Shown here piece by piece: positions 27,196 to 38,640 of a stretch of 64,000 bases of DNA. Under the pieces are notes generated by a model. That model worked only from the letters and a program-made list of their open reading frames with translations. It was not told the DNA's origin and made no database searches. The stretch's first letter is position 1; each line of letters starts with the position of its first letter. The stretch covers positions 11,023-75,022 of the forward strand of contig JBBSVW010000073.1 in assembly GCA_038046605.1 (NCBI GenBank), written 5' to 3'. The stretch is from Candidatus Micrarchaeota archaeon. Its GTDB lineage: Archaea > Micrarchaeota > Micrarchaeia > Norongarragalinales > SBBD01. The position numbers were made by a program, and so were the translations under genes.

Positions 27196-28278
27196 ATGCG
27201 TTGGGGACTGCTCAAACTTCTGGAATGCATCAAATGCAGATCTTCATTAAGCCTGCGCACTCTTGAAGAGGATGGGGATGAGATTGTTGAAGGTGCGTTG
27301 GAGTGCAAAAAATGCGGTGAAAAATACCCCATAATAAGGGCTGTCCCCCGGATGCTTCCGCCGCACTTCATGGCCGAGCTTGTATATCCCAAATACCCCG
27401 AATTTTTCAGCAAGCACAGGAAGCATTTTCCGCTTGCAAATTCCAGCGCAATTGTTGGATTTGAAAACAACGCAAAGGCAAAAACTTCCAAGAGCTTTGG
27501 GTATGAGTGGAAGAAATTCCCCCATTTCCACAGGATTTACAAGCGCCAATTCATCGACTGGCTATCCCCCAACAAGCCCTCCATGTTCGAAGGGAAATTG
27601 GTGCTGGACGCCGGCTGCGGCATGGGCCGCCACCTTGCGGTCGCATCCGATTATGCCCGGGAAATTGTGGGTATTGACTTAAGCGAGGCGGTTGATGCAT
27701 CCTACGGCAACTTGCGCTCAAGGAAAAACGTTCACCTGGTCCAGGCCGACATTTACAATCTTCCCTTTGGAAGGCCCTTTGATCTTGCCTATTCGATTGG
27801 CGTTTTGCATCACCTCCCAAATCCGCAGGCTGGTTTCAAATCAATCCTGACCCACATTAGGCGCGGGGGCCAAATATTTGTGTGGGTTTATGGCCACGAG
27901 GGGAATTTTGTGATGGTAAATATCATCGAGCCCTTCAGGAAGCTTTTCACATCCCGTTTGCCCCATGGCGCGCTATACCTTCTTTGCCATCCTGTGACAA
28001 TTGCCCTTGAGCTCTCCTGCCTCCTCTACCAGTTGCTTAATGCAATTCCTCTTGTCAACATTGCAGCAAAATACCTCCCAAGCAACACCTATCTTTTATA
28101 CATTGCAAACTTTTCCTTCCGGCACAAGCTGGCAATTGTGTTCGATTTCCTCTCTGCGCCCCTTGCGCGCTACTACCGCAAGGCTGAATTTGCCAAATGG
28201 TTTGCAAATGCAAAGCTTAAAGCAAAATTATATCCACATAATGGCAACAGCTGGAAGGCGCTTTCGCAGGTGAATTAG
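27196..28278 (+). CDS. Trm112-like Zn-ribbon fused to class I SAM methyltransferase
   Basis: CIKC...CKKCGEKYPIIRAVPRML; LDAGCGMGRH; SIGVLHH. Confidence 0.85.
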   Translation: MRWGLLKLLECIKCRSSLSLRTLEEDGDEIVEGALECKKCGEKYPIIRAVPRMLPPHFMAELVYPKYPEFFSKHRKHFPLANSSAIVGFENNAKAKTSKSFGYEWKKFPHFHRIYKRQFIDWLSPNKPSMFEGKLVLDAGCGMGRHLAVASDYAREIVGIDLSEAVDASYGNLRSRKNVHLVQADIYNLPFGRPFDLAYSIGVLHHLPNPQAGFKSILTHIRRGGQIFVWVYGHEGNFVMVNIIEPFRKLFTSRLPHGALYLLCHPVTIALELSCLLYQLLNAIPLVNIAAKYLPSNTYLLYIANFSFRHKLAIVFDFLSAPLARYYRKAEFAKWFANAKLKAKLYPHNGNSWKALSQVN

Positions 28279-30225
28279 ATGTGCGGCATTGCCGGGGTTA
28301 TTGGCTTATCTGATAAATCGCTCATCAGGAAAATGTGCGATATCATCGCTCATCGCGGCCCAAACCATGGCGGCTACCATATTGATAAGGATGCATCAAT
28401 TGGCTATCGTCGCCTGGCCATAATTGACGTAAAGGGCGGAAACCAGCCGATTTACAATGAGCAGGGCGATATCTGCATCGTCTTCAACGGCGAAATATAC
28501 AATTATTTGGATCTAAAGCCCGCGCTTGAAAAAAAGGGGCACAAATTTACGACCAATTCCGACAGTGAAACCATTTTGCATGGCTACGAGGAATATGGCG
28601 AAGGGATTGTTTCCAAGCTTCGCGGCATGTTCGCTTTTGCAATATGGGATTCGCGCAAAAAAAAGCTCCTGGTTGCGCGCGATAGGTTTGGGAAAAAGCC
28701 GGTTTATTTCACCCATGCAAATGGCGCATTCGGCTTTGCATCCGAAATAAAATCCCTCCTGCTCATGCCGGATTTTAGCAAGGAGCTTGATTATTCTGCA
28801 ATTGATTCTCTTCTAGCTTTCCGCTTCATACCTTCGCCGAATACGATTTTCAAGAATGTAAAAAAGCTTCCCGCCTCCCACTTTTTAATTTTTGAGAAAG
28901 GGAAACTTTTGCTTAAACGGTACTGGTCGCTGAATTATTCGCCAGTTGAGAGGACGGATTCCCTTGCTGCAAAAAAGGTGCGCACCCTATTGGAAGAATC
29001 CGTACGAATAAGGCTAATGTCCGAAGTCCCTCTTGGCGCTTACCTTTCCGGGGGGCTTGATTCATCGGCAGTTGTAGGCTACATGTCAAAGCTGATGGAC
29101 TCCGAAGTGAAAACCTTTTCGGTTGGCTTTGGCGTTGAAAAATACGACGAGCTAAAATATGCCAGGGAGGTCTCGGAGGCGTTTTCAACGGACCATCATG
29201 AGATTATCATTTTGCCGGACTCAATCAAGCACTTGCCGCAAATAATATGGCACCTGGATGAACCCATGGCGGATCCAACCGTTATCCCAACCTACCTCCT
29301 CTCTAAATTTGCAAAGAAAAAGGTCACGGTGGTCCTAACCGGCGAAGGAGGGGATGAGATGTTTGCCGGCTACGAGCAGTACAAATTCATGGACCTTGCA
29401 TTCCGCCACGGGAAAAAATTCCCAAAATTCATCCGCCGACACATAATTGCAAATGCCGTTAGGAAGGCGCCTAAAAAACTGCTTGATTCCTTGTTCAAAT
29501 ACTCCTCGGCGCTTGGCACAAAAGGGCTTGATCGGTTTTCGGATTTCATCTCCGACCTTGATTCCCCTGCAAGGAGCTATCTTGAGCTTGTGCAGGTATA
29601 TACCCAAAAGGAGAGGGATGCCCTATATGGCGCGCATCAGGATTTGCCAAAGGGTAAAAATATGCCCGCCGCTGTTGATTTTTCCAATAAATATTCCAAT
29701 TCGTTTTCCCCTTCATTTGCCCATGGCGATCTTCTTTCCCAAATGCAGCTTTTTGATGTTCAAACGCAGCTAGTTGATGATCTTCTGATGAAGGTTGATA
29801 AAATGGCAATGGCCGCTTCAGTTGAGGCAAGGGCGCCCCTTTTGGATCAGGAGCTTGCGGCTCTTGCCTTCACCCTAACTCCCGATCAAAAAATCCGGGG
29901 AAAGGTGGAAAAATTCATGCTAAGGAAGGCCACATCACAAATTCTTCCTAAAAGCGCAAAGGATAGGAAAAAAGCGCGCTTTTTTGTTCCGCTTGATTAT
30001 TGGTTCAAGGACGGGCTTTTGGATATTGCAAGCAACCTCCTAATTGAGGGCGATAGGGGCCTTTTCGACAAAACGCAGATTCAAAAGGTGATCGATTCAT
30101 ATTCCAATTCCAGGGCATATGCGGCTCGGCAGCTTTGGTGCCTCATATCCCTTGAGATGTGGATGCGAACCTACCTTGATAATGACGGTAAAGCGCCTCT
30201 TAATTATAATGAGCTCGTAGGTTGA
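28279..30225 (+). CDS. asnB: Asparagine synthase (glutamine-hydrolysing) family amidotransferase, probably glycan-modifying
   Basis: N-terminal [37 protein letters not shown]. Confidence 0.92.
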   Translation: MCGIAGVIGLSDKSLIRKMCDIIAHRGPNHGGYHIDKDASIGYRRLAIIDVKGGNQPIYNEQGDICIVFNGEIYNYLDLKPALEKKGHKFTTNSDSETILHGYEEYGEGIVSKLRGMFAFAIWDSRKKKLLVARDRFGKKPVYFTHANGAFGFASEIKSLLLMPDFSKELDYSAIDSLLAFRFIPSPNTIFKNVKKLPASHFLIFEKGKLLLKRYWSLNYSPVERTDSLAAKKVRTLLEESVRIRLMSEVPLGAYLSGGLDSSAVVGYMSKLMDSEVKTFSVGFGVEKYDELKYAREVSEAFSTDHHEIIILPDSIKHLPQIIWHLDEPMADPTVIPTYLLSKFAKKKVTVVLTGEGGDEMFAGYEQYKFMDLAFRHGKKFPKFIRRHIIANAVRKAPKKLLDSLFKYSSALGTKGLDRFSDFISDLDSPARSYLELVQVYTQKERDALYGAHQDLPKGKNMPAAVDFSNKYSNSFSPSFAHGDLLSQMQLFDVQTQLVDDLLMKVDKMAMAASVEARAPLLDQELAALAFTLTPDQKIRGKVEKFMLRKATSQILPKSAKDRKKARFFVPLDYWFKDGLLDIASNLLIEGDRGLFDKTQIQKVIDSYSNSRAYAARQLWCLISLEMWMRTYLDNDGKAPLNYNELVG

Positions 30226-30316
30226 AATATTATTAAGCAGGAGATGGGAAAAGAAAATTTCAAATAATGCGCAATATTCAGGCATTTTTCATTCACAAAA
30301 TCGTGAAATTAATCTT

Positions 30317-31798
30317 ATGAAGAAATTTGATATCACAGGAAAAACATATGGGCGGATGCTTCTTTGCCTCCTGGCCATTTTGGCAATTGAGCTTGCCTTC
30401 CTCATGCTCCATCCGCTTGTGCATATCGATTCCGGCTGGACTGCTGAGGTATCCAATATGCTGGCATCGGAAGGAAGGATGGCCGCGCCCTCCTGGAGCG
30501 GCTTTCTTAACCAGGAGGATTACTTCTTTTGGAGGCCTCCGCTCTTTTTTGTTTTTGAGGCGGCAATTTTCAAGCTCCTTGGTTTTGGCCTGCTTCAAGT
30601 TGGCCTTTTGAATGCGTTCATCATCCTTGCAACATTTGCAATTGTCATAACGGAAGCAAAAAAACTTTATGGCAAGCCAGCTGCAATAGTTGCCAGCGCC
30701 GTACTAGCCTCTAATTTCATGTATCTTCTTCACGGCGTCTTCCATGGAAGGCCCGATCCATTGGTTGGCCTTCTCAATCTCATTTCCATGAAATACCTTC
30801 TAGAATATTCTTCAACAAGGGCGAAAAAAGCATTCCTTCTTAGCGCTTTTTTTGCATCCCTAAGCGCCCTAACCCACGAGCTTGGGCTTCTTATGGTCGC
30901 TACAGTAGCAATTGTGCTGGTTAAGGAAAATGGCATGAAGGATTTATTGCGCACCCTTTTGCAATTGGTGAAAATGGCTGCAATTTTCATCGCCGTTTTC
31001 ATTCCCTACCTCCTATACGCCTCAATGCAACCCGCAATTTTTTCCGAGCAGGTTGGCTGGCTTTTGGGCAGGCATGGCTCAATCCAGAATGTCATCCAAG
31101 ATGAGGTGATACGCTATTACTGGGCCTTTACCACAAATAGCGGTGCCATGGCCCCCTGGTTCGCTTTTTTCATGGCCCTCATGATTTTTACCGCAATTCG
31201 CAGGGATTTTTCGCCAATCCCCCTTGCAATTTTTATGCATTTGTTTTTGATGTTTTTTATCGGAAATAAGGCCACCTATTACTACATTGCAATTGTTCCC
31301 CTTGCCGCCCTTCTTGCCGGCAAAATCTTTTCGGAAATTTCAATGGATGAAATGAAAAGTAGGATTGCAATTGGAGCGGTTTTGCTAACCTTCCTTTCCT
31401 CAATTGCATTATTCGGCTATTTTGCCCTAAAGGTTTCGCCCCAATTCGATTTCTTTGCCCTAAATTCTGCGCTTGCATCTGAAAAATATGGTATGGTGGT
31501 TGCCCAGCCGGCCTATTACTATGCGATGCAGGGAAGGATGTACTCTGCATACGCCATATTCAACAGAATTGACCGCGGGGAAAGCCTTCCGTCAGTCATT
31601 TCCCAATTGAAGCCCGGTGCATTCTATTACGACCCCCTAAATCTGGAGGCTTCCTCCCCGCCGGAATTCAAGCAATATTTATTGGAGGAAACCGCCTTGG
31701 TAAAAATAGTTTGCGCAAGAAACGGCAGGGTTTATTATGATGCGGATTGCAAGGATGATAAGTACAGGGTGGAGATTTACAAGCCAAAACAAGCCTGA
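30317..31798 (+). CDS. GT-C fold (ArnT-like) membrane glycosyltransferase
   Basis: HIDSGW, WRPPLF, GRPD; multi-TM. Confidence 0.75.
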   Translation: MKKFDITGKTYGRMLLCLLAILAIELAFLMLHPLVHIDSGWTAEVSNMLASEGRMAAPSWSGFLNQEDYFFWRPPLFFVFEAAIFKLLGFGLLQVGLLNAFIILATFAIVITEAKKLYGKPAAIVASAVLASNFMYLLHGVFHGRPDPLVGLLNLISMKYLLEYSSTRAKKAFLLSAFFASLSALTHELGLLMVATVAIVLVKENGMKDLLRTLLQLVKMAAIFIAVFIPYLLYASMQPAIFSEQVGWLLGRHGSIQNVIQDEVIRYYWAFTTNSGAMAPWFAFFMALMIFTAIRRDFSPIPLAIFMHLFLMFFIGNKATYYYIAIVPLAALLAGKIFSEISMDEMKSRIAIGAVLLTFLSSIALFGYFALKVSPQFDFFALNSALASEKYGMVVAQPAYYYAMQGRMYSAYAIFNRIDRGESLPSVISQLKPGAFYYDPLNLEASSPPEFKQYLLEETALVKIVCARNGRVYYDADCKDDKYRVEIYKPKQA

Positions 31799-31808
31799 GT
31801 GTTTGGGA

Positions 31809-32351
31809 CTAGCCTTTTTTTATGGCCCTCATCTCGAGATGTATCGTGGATACGATGTTGTTCAGGTACCGTTTTGCGATCCCATCAAGCCCAACGAGCC
31901 TAAGCATCCAGTAAAGCCTGCCCCCCTCCAGTTCGAGCCTGTCAATCCTGTAGCGTGCCTTTGTGTAGTAATTCAGGCTCGAATACTCCCGTGCGCCATC
32001 TTCAGTGAAGCAGTCAAAGGAATTTTCCACGTATCCGCGCGTATGCTGGAGATCCGCGAAGGTATAGTATGAGTTCCAATAGGGGATGAACGCTGTAAGT
32101 TTTCCTCCCGGCTTCAAAATCCTGTGTATTTCCTCCATGGTAAAAAAAATATTGTCTACGTGCTCAAGGACAAAGCGTGCCAGCACCTCGTCCACTGAAC
32201 TGTCCTCTATAGGGAGCTTCTTGTTGAGGTCAGCTACGATGTCGACGCCAGGAAGCTTTACGCTATCGAGGCCAACATACCCCTTTTTCTTTGCTAGGCC
32301 GCAGCCCAGATCCAATTTTACAATCTTACTCTTGAACTTGTTTTTTTTCAT
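31809..32351 (-). CDS. Class I SAM-dependent methyltransferase
   Basis: KLDLGCG, VDIVADLN, FVLEHV, EIHRILKPGG. Confidence 0.85.
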   Translation of the reverse strand: MKKNKFKSKIVKLDLGCGLAKKKGYVGLDSVKLPGVDIVADLNKKLPIEDSSVDEVLARFVLEHVDNIFFTMEEIHRILKPGGKLTAFIPYWNSYYTFADLQHTRGYVENSFDCFTEDGAREYSSLNYYTKARYRIDRLELEGGRLYWMLRLVGLDGIAKRYLNNIVSTIHLEMRAIKKG

Positions 32352-33453
32352 TTCCTGCCATTTCCCCATAAAGCGCCAAGTACTTCGATATCACGGCATC
32401 CCGGGTAAAAAGCCGCTTCACCCGTGATAACGCCTTGTCGCTGTAATGCCTGTACTTCTTCTGATTGGTCAGCAACGTTTTTATTGCGTTCGCAAGCCTA
32501 GCTGAATCGCCTTTTTTTACCACGATGCCCCCATCGCCAATCGCGTCGGGTATGCCTCCATCATCGGAGCCTACAACTGGCTTTCCTTGGGCCATTGCCT
32601 CAATTATGACAAATCCCATCCCTTCGCGGCGAATCGAGGGCAAAACAAGTATGTCACAATTCCTATACAGCTTTGGGAGTTCCCCTTCACCAACAAAACC
32701 CAAAAATTTTACCTTGTCGGCAATGCAAAGCCTCCTTGCCTCATTTTTCGCCTTTTGCAATTCAATTGGCGGCCCTGCAATACTGAGTTGGTAATCCAAA
32801 CCCTTCAATCTGGCTAGCGCATCGAATAGAACGTATATGCCTTTGTCCTCCGATAGCCTGCCTGCAAAAAGGATGCGCCCCTTCCCGGATTGCGGCTTTG
32901 GCCTTGGGGCAATCTGAAACAAGGTGTCATCAAGCCAATTTGTGATAGTTGTCACCTTCCTAGAGGGGAATAGGCGCGAAACTTTCCTCTCGAGAATCCA
33001 GCTCAGGGTCGTTATCCGGCTGCTGGATTCAAAGGCCCACCTGACAAGGGGCCATTTCAGGCGGCTTGCCCTTTGCCAATCTAAAAGCTCCCATTCAAAA
33101 AGGGTGATCATATGTGGAAGCCCTTCGAGCGCGGATATGAGGGATGCGGAAATGATCGCAGGCATGGTGTAGAAGCTATGTATGGCATCTATTTTTTCAC
33201 GTTTGGAAATCCAAAGGCCGGCGAAGAAATATGCAAGGCTTCTGATGAAAAAGTTGCGCATGAGGGGCAGGTAGATCAGGTGGATGGTCAGGCACTTTTT
33301 GCTGTAGCTCCAATTCTTCTTCCCCTTCCAGTTTGGCGTTAAGACATGGACCTTATGCCCCTTTGCGCTAGCATATTCTGCAAGGCCCATTACATGCCTT
33401 TCAGTTCCGCCCTGCAATGGGTAGGAAAAATCAGAAATGAGCAATATTTTCAT
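32326..33453 (-). CDS. GT4 glycosyltransferase
   Basis: GGTERH, FAGRLSEDKG, EGMGFVIIEAMAQGKPVV. Confidence 0.9.
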   Translation of the reverse strand: MKILLISDFSYPLQGGTERHVMGLAEYASAKGHKVHVLTPNWKGKKNWSYSKKCLTIHLIYLPLMRNFFIRSLAYFFAGLWISKREKIDAIHSFYTMPAIISASLISALEGLPHMITLFEWELLDWQRASRLKWPLVRWAFESSSRITTLSWILERKVSRLFPSRKVTTITNWLDDTLFQIAPRPKPQSGKGRILFAGRLSEDKGIYVLFDALARLKGLDYQLSIAGPPIELQKAKNEARRLCIADKVKFLGFVGEGELPKLYRNCDILVLPSIRREGMGFVIIEAMAQGKPVVGSDDGGIPDAIGDGGIVVKKGDSARLANAIKTLLTNQKKYRHYSDKALSRVKRLFTRDAVISKYLALYGEMAGNEKKQVQE

Positions 33454-33499
33454 TTTACGAACCCTTTGGCGCAATTTGCTAGCATTGCCTAAAAATGGG

Positions 33500-33745
33500 C
33501 TATTTTTTCCTGGCATCCCTAACGGCTTCCTCTTGGAGGTCAAGGCACGTCACATCGTTGCCGTTGTCCTTGATGATGCTGCCGATGTATCCCCCGCCGC
33601 TACCGATATCCAATATCTTATGGCCAGTGCCGCATAGCTCAAAGAGCTTCCTCATCTTCTTGTAATCGTTTGACTTCTTGTATTCATCAATGGATATGCC
33701 TGAAATGTAGTGCAACTGTGCCCGTTCTATCTTGCCTTTCCTCAT
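33500..33745 (-). pseudogene. Truncated class I SAM methyltransferase (N-terminal fragment)
   Basis: ILDIGSGGG...VTCLDL then a stop at 81 aa; the next gene starts within ~50 bp, leaving no room for the remainder. Confidence 0.7.
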
Positions 33746-33851
33746 GCTATCACGATATTATTCGGTTGTAAATGTTTATATTCCGTTGCAACCCGTTGGC
33801 GATTTTTTTAAGATATTTAAACTCCAAGCGCATCTATTATCTCAATCCAAA

Positions 33852-34244
33852 ATGCTCTTTGACCCTGCCCACCGGCAGCTTTTGAAATTTGCGCTCGTAG
33901 GCGCCTTTGGGTCAGTTGTAAATCTTGCCATGCTCTACCTGATCAGGGAATTAGGTGGTGTGCATTATATCTTCGCGGCTCTATTGAGCTCACAAATTGC
34001 TCTGACCGTAAATTTCATTGCCAACGATGCCTGGACATTCAAGGGGAGCAAAAGGCACGGATATCTGGCAAGGTTTGGCCGCTACTGGCTGATCTCCCAT
34101 GGCACCATCCTCCTGGATCTGGGGATCTTGTATTTCCTTACAACATTCTTCTCGCTCTACTACATCATTTCTATGCTGATTGCTATCCTGGTTTCAGCCT
34201 CGATCAACTACCTGCTGAACATGAAGCATACCTTCCATGCTTGA
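33852..34244 (+). CDS. GtrA family small flippase-like protein
   Basis: KFALVGAFGSVVNL, NFIANDAWTF, NYLLNMKHTF. Confidence 0.88.
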   Translation: MLFDPAHRQLLKFALVGAFGSVVNLAMLYLIRELGGVHYIFAALLSSQIALTVNFIANDAWTFKGSKRHGYLARFGRYWLISHGTILLDLGILYFLTTFFSLYYIISMLIAILVSASINYLLNMKHTFHA

Positions 34245-34357
34245 GGTATATTTAGGGGGCTTGGGGCGCCCTATTTTTAGCCGAATTGGTTTTTCCATTC
34301 GCCCTCGACGCTAGTAGCGACCAATATCTGGCGAATTGATTTTCAATTACTTCCCAT

Positions 34358-35920
34358 TCATTTCATAAGGCTCTTGATTGGGCCAAGCTCTATGGAAAGC
34401 TTGCCTTCGATTGCTTCGACCATTTTAACATCCAGCGGATCGAATGCCTTGAGGGCAAAAAGCATGAGGGCATAAGCCGCGATAGTGGCAATTCCGATGA
34501 GGGCAAGATTGACAAGGCTTCCTCCAACGTCCAGGTAAATTGATGCCACAAGCGGTATGGCAAGGGTTACGGTCCCTGCAGCAAGGATCCTGAAGGTCGT
34601 TTTTGCCATTGGCCAAAAGCCAATGAGGCGCTTTACCTGATATGCGGAAATTGCCCCGTATGCCAGGAGGGATATTCCCGTGCCAAGCGCAGCTCCGGAA
34701 ATGCCGTAGGCGGGGATCAGGGCCAAGTTAAGTGCAATGCTCATAACGGCGGCAATGAGGCTATTTATGAGCAGGTCCTTTGACCTGCCTGCCGAGGATA
34801 GCACAAATGTTGCGGAAAGGGTCAGTGAATAAAACAGGTTGGCAACCGAAAGGATGACAAGGGATGGCCCGGCCTTGGCGTATTCCTGGCCAAAGAGGAT
34901 TGTAAGTGCTTGGGATGGGAATAGGGCCATCACCAATAGCGCCGGAAGGTTAAGGAGGAAAATCCATTTGTTTGCCGTCTGGTAGGTCCGCCCCAGCTCA
35001 AAGCGCTTCTTTTTGGCAAGCAGATCGGAAACCAGGGGGGCGAGCAGGGTAGTAAGCGCATTTGGGAACATGAGTAATAGCCCCGCTGTCGGAAGGGCAG
35101 TATTGTACACGCCTACTTCTGATACGCTCCTATAGATCCCAAGCAGGATAGAATCAGTCCAGTTGATGAAAAGGAAAACCACCCCGCTTAGCATGAGTGG
35201 AATTGAGAATTTCAATAATTCGAAGTGCCTGGGCTTTGCCTTGTAAGCTTTGCCAAAAAAAGGGAAAACCCTCTTTTCCATGAAATAAAACGACAGGAGG
35301 AAGGTGGCGAAGATGGAAATTAAGTATGCAACCGAGACGCCCAAAAGGCCATAGCCTAGCAATATCGCAAATGCTGCAAGGATCAAACGGATGAAGCTTT
35401 CGCCTATGGTTTTTGAAACCACGTCATACTGGTTCTTGAAAAACGAGTTGATAACGGCAAGGAACAGCCCCGTGAATGCATAGAATGGGAGGCCAATGGC
35501 CAGTATTTTGATGACAATCGATACCCTGCCGTCGTGGAACATGCTTTGCGCAATCCAATCCGAGAGGAAAAACATCAGGAGTAAGAGCAGGATGCTTGTC
35601 ACGCTGGCTATCTGCAGGGCTGATTTGAGGAAGCTTGCGATGCCATCCATCCTACCCCCTGCCCGTTCCTTTGGTAGGTAGCGATAAAGGCCAGTTGTCA
35701 TGCCTAAAAATGAGAGCATGCCGGCAATTGAAAAAATCGTAAACCCGAGCGAAAATACGCCATAAAGTTCCGCCCCTTCCCTGGCAATAAGCAGCCTGAA
35801 AATATATTGCGAGCCCTTAGTCAATGCAAGCCCAAGGAATGCAAGGCCAGCACCCTTTAGGAGTATTTTAAGGGGGCCAAGTTCGCTTAATTCAATCGGT
35901 TCATTTCCATTCTTTCCCAT
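34358..35920 (-). CDS. Wzx-like oligosaccharide flippase (MOP superfamily)
   Basis: YGVFSL, KFSIPL, WTDSILLG...VGVYNTA, LNLALIPAYGISGAALGT. Confidence 0.9.
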   Translation of the reverse strand: MGKNGNEPIELSELGPLKILLKGAGLAFLGLALTKGSQYIFRLLIAREGAELYGVFSLGFTIFSIAGMLSFLGMTTGLYRYLPKERAGGRMDGIASFLKSALQIASVTSILLLLLMFFLSDWIAQSMFHDGRVSIVIKILAIGLPFYAFTGLFLAVINSFFKNQYDVVSKTIGESFIRLILAAFAILLGYGLLGVSVAYLISIFATFLLSFYFMEKRVFPFFGKAYKAKPRHFELLKFSIPLMLSGVVFLFINWTDSILLGIYRSVSEVGVYNTALPTAGLLLMFPNALTTLLAPLVSDLLAKKKRFELGRTYQTANKWIFLLNLPALLVMALFPSQALTILFGQEYAKAGPSLVILSVANLFYSLTLSATFVLSSAGRSKDLLINSLIAAVMSIALNLALIPAYGISGAALGTGISLLAYGAISAYQVKRLIGFWPMAKTTFRILAAGTVTLAIPLVASIYLDVGGSLVNLALIGIATIAAYALMLFALKAFDPLDVKMVEAIEGKLSIELGPIKSLMK

Positions 35921-36041
35921 ATGGATATTCCTTGTTATTTCGGGTTGAAAAATGCATGCATTATTTGGAAAATGTGCGGGTTGGCGGTTAATTGGCATCT
36001 TTAGCCTGCCTGTTTTTGCCTCGGCGGTTATTTGCTAAACC

Positions 36042-37748
36042 CTACTTCAAATCGTATATGAAGATCACATGCCCGACCTTGGCAGTTGGTGTTATGCCCC
36101 TAAGCCATTTGTAGCAATCATGGTTGCGAAGGATATTGCCATTAAGGTTTGATGCGCTAATTGCAATAGTTCCTGTAGTTGGGCTGCATTCCTCTCCTCC
36201 CCTGCCAAAACCAGATGGGAGAAGTTCATGTTTGATTCCGTAATATTGCGGAGGAACCGATCCATAGTAACTATACTTGACCGATTGAATCCCATTCGCA
36301 TCAATATATTCCTTTAAGGCAAAATCCGACTGCCCCCAATCAAGGTCCGATTGCGAGAGGAATTTGTAGCCGTTATCCGCCCCGCCTGCAAGCTCGTTGA
36401 AATAAGGTATGTAAAATGGTGAAGCCGCCAGGGCGCTTATTGCATACCAGATGGCCAATATGGAAAATAAGCCGATATGGATTTTGCCCCCATTGAAAAG
36501 CCCATCTGGCTGCTTTCCTTGGAAAATCCTTCCCATGAATACAAAAAGGAAAGGGAATAGGCTCAGGATATAGCGGACTCCCGTATTGATCGGCACAAGG
36601 AAGCTGAAATAGATGAATATGAATATGATTGGGACAAGAAGGAATAGCTCCTCGAACCTAATTCCTGCTTTCCGGACCGAATAAACCGCGGCTATGAGGA
36701 AAATGATGAATGGGATTGGTGATTTGAGGAGGATCGCAATGATGTAGTAGTACCAAATGCCGCTTGTGTGGATTTCCCCGAAAAGGTAATTCACCTGGGG
36801 ATCCTTTTGGTGGATGAATTGGAGCGCAATATCCCTTATGTAGAAATTAAAGGGCACTGTGGCCTCCTCCAATGCAAAATGCACAATTTTGCCAACTGCT
36901 GTTGCGTTGCTGAATATCCCCTCATTTGGAACATATTTGTTGATTCCCTTTGGATAAACCGCCCCAACCTTGAACTGGTAGGTTGCAAGGACAATGAAAC
37001 CTGAAATAAGTGCAAGTAGGATGAATAGGCAAAGGGCGTATTTTGCCCCCCTCATTTTTTTCAATTTCCAGAATTTTGGGAGGGGCATTTTTTTAAGGTA
37101 GGCTGCCAAAAGGAGGATTCCATACATGGCAAATAGGTGCGTTCCTGCCATCTTGCTGGCAATTGCCATGCCCGTTGCCACTCCCATAAATGCAAAACTT
37201 CGCATCGATGGCTTTTCCCAAAATCTCCAAAACAAGAATGCGGAAAGGAAGACGAAAAAAGCCGTTCCCATGTCCAGGGCAGCAAGCGTTCCGTGCGCTA
37301 AAATGATCGGATAGAACGCGAAGAGGAAGAGGGAAAACAATGCCGCCTTCTCCCCATAAAGGCGCCTTCCCCAAACGAAAACCAAAAGCGCTGTCAGCAC
37401 CATCAGGATAAGGGCCGGCAGCCTTGATAGGAAGATCATGTCCTTTGGAGGGATAGTGGATTTGAATAGGATTTGGAATTCAACGGCATCTGGCTTGTCA
37501 AAGCCGGTGACATACTCATTTGGCAGGCGGATCCCCATGAGGTAAGGGAGCGTCCCGGCGAAATACTTCAAAAGCGGGGGGTTTCCCTTCCCAAAATCAA
37601 AATCACCGCTTTGATACTGTGCAATTCCCTGTGCCACATATGAGGGCTCATCGAAGGTAAGGGAATTCGACCTGATCGCATGCAGCCCCTGCACGATTAG
37701 CGCCGCAGCCAGAAGCACGACAATCGAATTTATTCCAGGAAATTTCAT
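36042..37748 (-). CDS. GT-C fold lipid-carrier-dependent glycosyltransferase
   Basis: SLTFDEP, NPPLLK, GVRYIL, YFNELAGG, SDLDWGQ. Confidence 0.85.
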   Translation of the reverse strand: MKFPGINSIVVLLAAALIVQGLHAIRSNSLTFDEPSYVAQGIAQYQSGDFDFGKGNPPLLKYFAGTLPYLMGIRLPNEYVTGFDKPDAVEFQILFKSTIPPKDMIFLSRLPALILMVLTALLVFVWGRRLYGEKAALFSLFLFAFYPIILAHGTLAALDMGTAFFVFLSAFLFWRFWEKPSMRSFAFMGVATGMAIASKMAGTHLFAMYGILLLAAYLKKMPLPKFWKLKKMRGAKYALCLFILLALISGFIVLATYQFKVGAVYPKGINKYVPNEGIFSNATAVGKIVHFALEEATVPFNFYIRDIALQFIHQKDPQVNYLFGEIHTSGIWYYYIIAILLKSPIPFIIFLIAAVYSVRKAGIRFEELFLLVPIIFIFIYFSFLVPINTGVRYILSLFPFLFVFMGRIFQGKQPDGLFNGGKIHIGLFSILAIWYAISALAASPFYIPYFNELAGGADNGYKFLSQSDLDWGQSDFALKEYIDANGIQSVKYSYYGSVPPQYYGIKHELLPSGFGRGGEECSPTTGTIAISASNLNGNILRNHDCYKWLRGITPTAKVGHVIFIYDLK

Positions 37749-37867
37749 TGAATTCTTCCCCCGTTTCCATGTTGACCTTTATTTTTAAGTCAAAATATAG
37801 TTTTTTAAGATACAATAACATTTAAATTGCTGGCTATTTACGAATTCTCTGGTTTTTAGGGTTTCAT

Positions 37868-38578
37868 ATGACGAAAAGAGTAAATTACCAGGATACAACG
37901 GTAATAGTGCCGACGCTAAACGAACGGAAAAACATCGGTATTTTGGTGCGCAGGCTATTTTTCCTCTATCCGAAAATACGGGTATTGGTTGTAGATGATG
38001 GTTCGAGGGACGGGACAATAGAATCTGTCAAGTCTCTCGCAAGAAGAAACCCCAATTTGCGCTTGCTTGATCGTACACAGGCAATGATTCACGGACTGAC
38101 GGCTAGCGTTATAGACGGCCTTCTTGCGTGCACAACCCGCTTCTCTACCGTGATGGATGGGGATATGCAGCATCCACCAGAGAAGGTGGGGGAAATCGTA
38201 GGGCTTTTACGCGGAAATGCCGAGATCGTCGTTGGTGTAAGGAAAGGAGAGATAAAAGGTTGGGCTTTGCATCGAAGGCTTATTTCAAATGCCGCGACCC
38301 TGTTGGGCAAACTGCGGTTATTATTTTCTGGCAAGGATGCTGCCGACGTATTATCTGGTTTTTTTGGAATTCGAAGCGCACTCGCAAAAAAGATAATCGA
38401 AAAGGGGAGGGGCCGTTTTGAGGAACGCGGATATAAGGTTCTATTTGATATACTTAAGCAAGTCAGTTCAGAAACAAAGCTCAGCGAGGTCGGTTACAGG
38501 TTTGGAATGCGCCAGGGCGGCAGTTCGAAGATACGGACAAAGCATATCCTTTTTTTCATCTATTCCTTGGTTAAATGA
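37868..38578 (+). CDS. GT2 polyprenol-monophosphomannose synthase-like (DPM1 type)
   Basis: VPTLNE, VVDDGSRDGT, MDGDMQHPP, SGFFG, GYKVL. Confidence 0.88.
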   Translation: MTKRVNYQDTTVIVPTLNERKNIGILVRRLFFLYPKIRVLVVDDGSRDGTIESVKSLARRNPNLRLLDRTQAMIHGLTASVIDGLLACTTRFSTVMDGDMQHPPEKVGEIVGLLRGNAEIVVGVRKGEIKGWALHRRLISNAATLLGKLRLLFSGKDAADVLSGFFGIRSALAKKIIEKGRGRFEERGYKVLFDILKQVSSETKLSEVGYRFGMRQGGSSKIRTKHILFFIYSLVK

Positions 38579-38640
38579 CCCATTATTCAGTTGGAAAGCT
38601 ATAGTATGTTTTTAAAAAATAAATTGGGTGTCGTTCCGAA

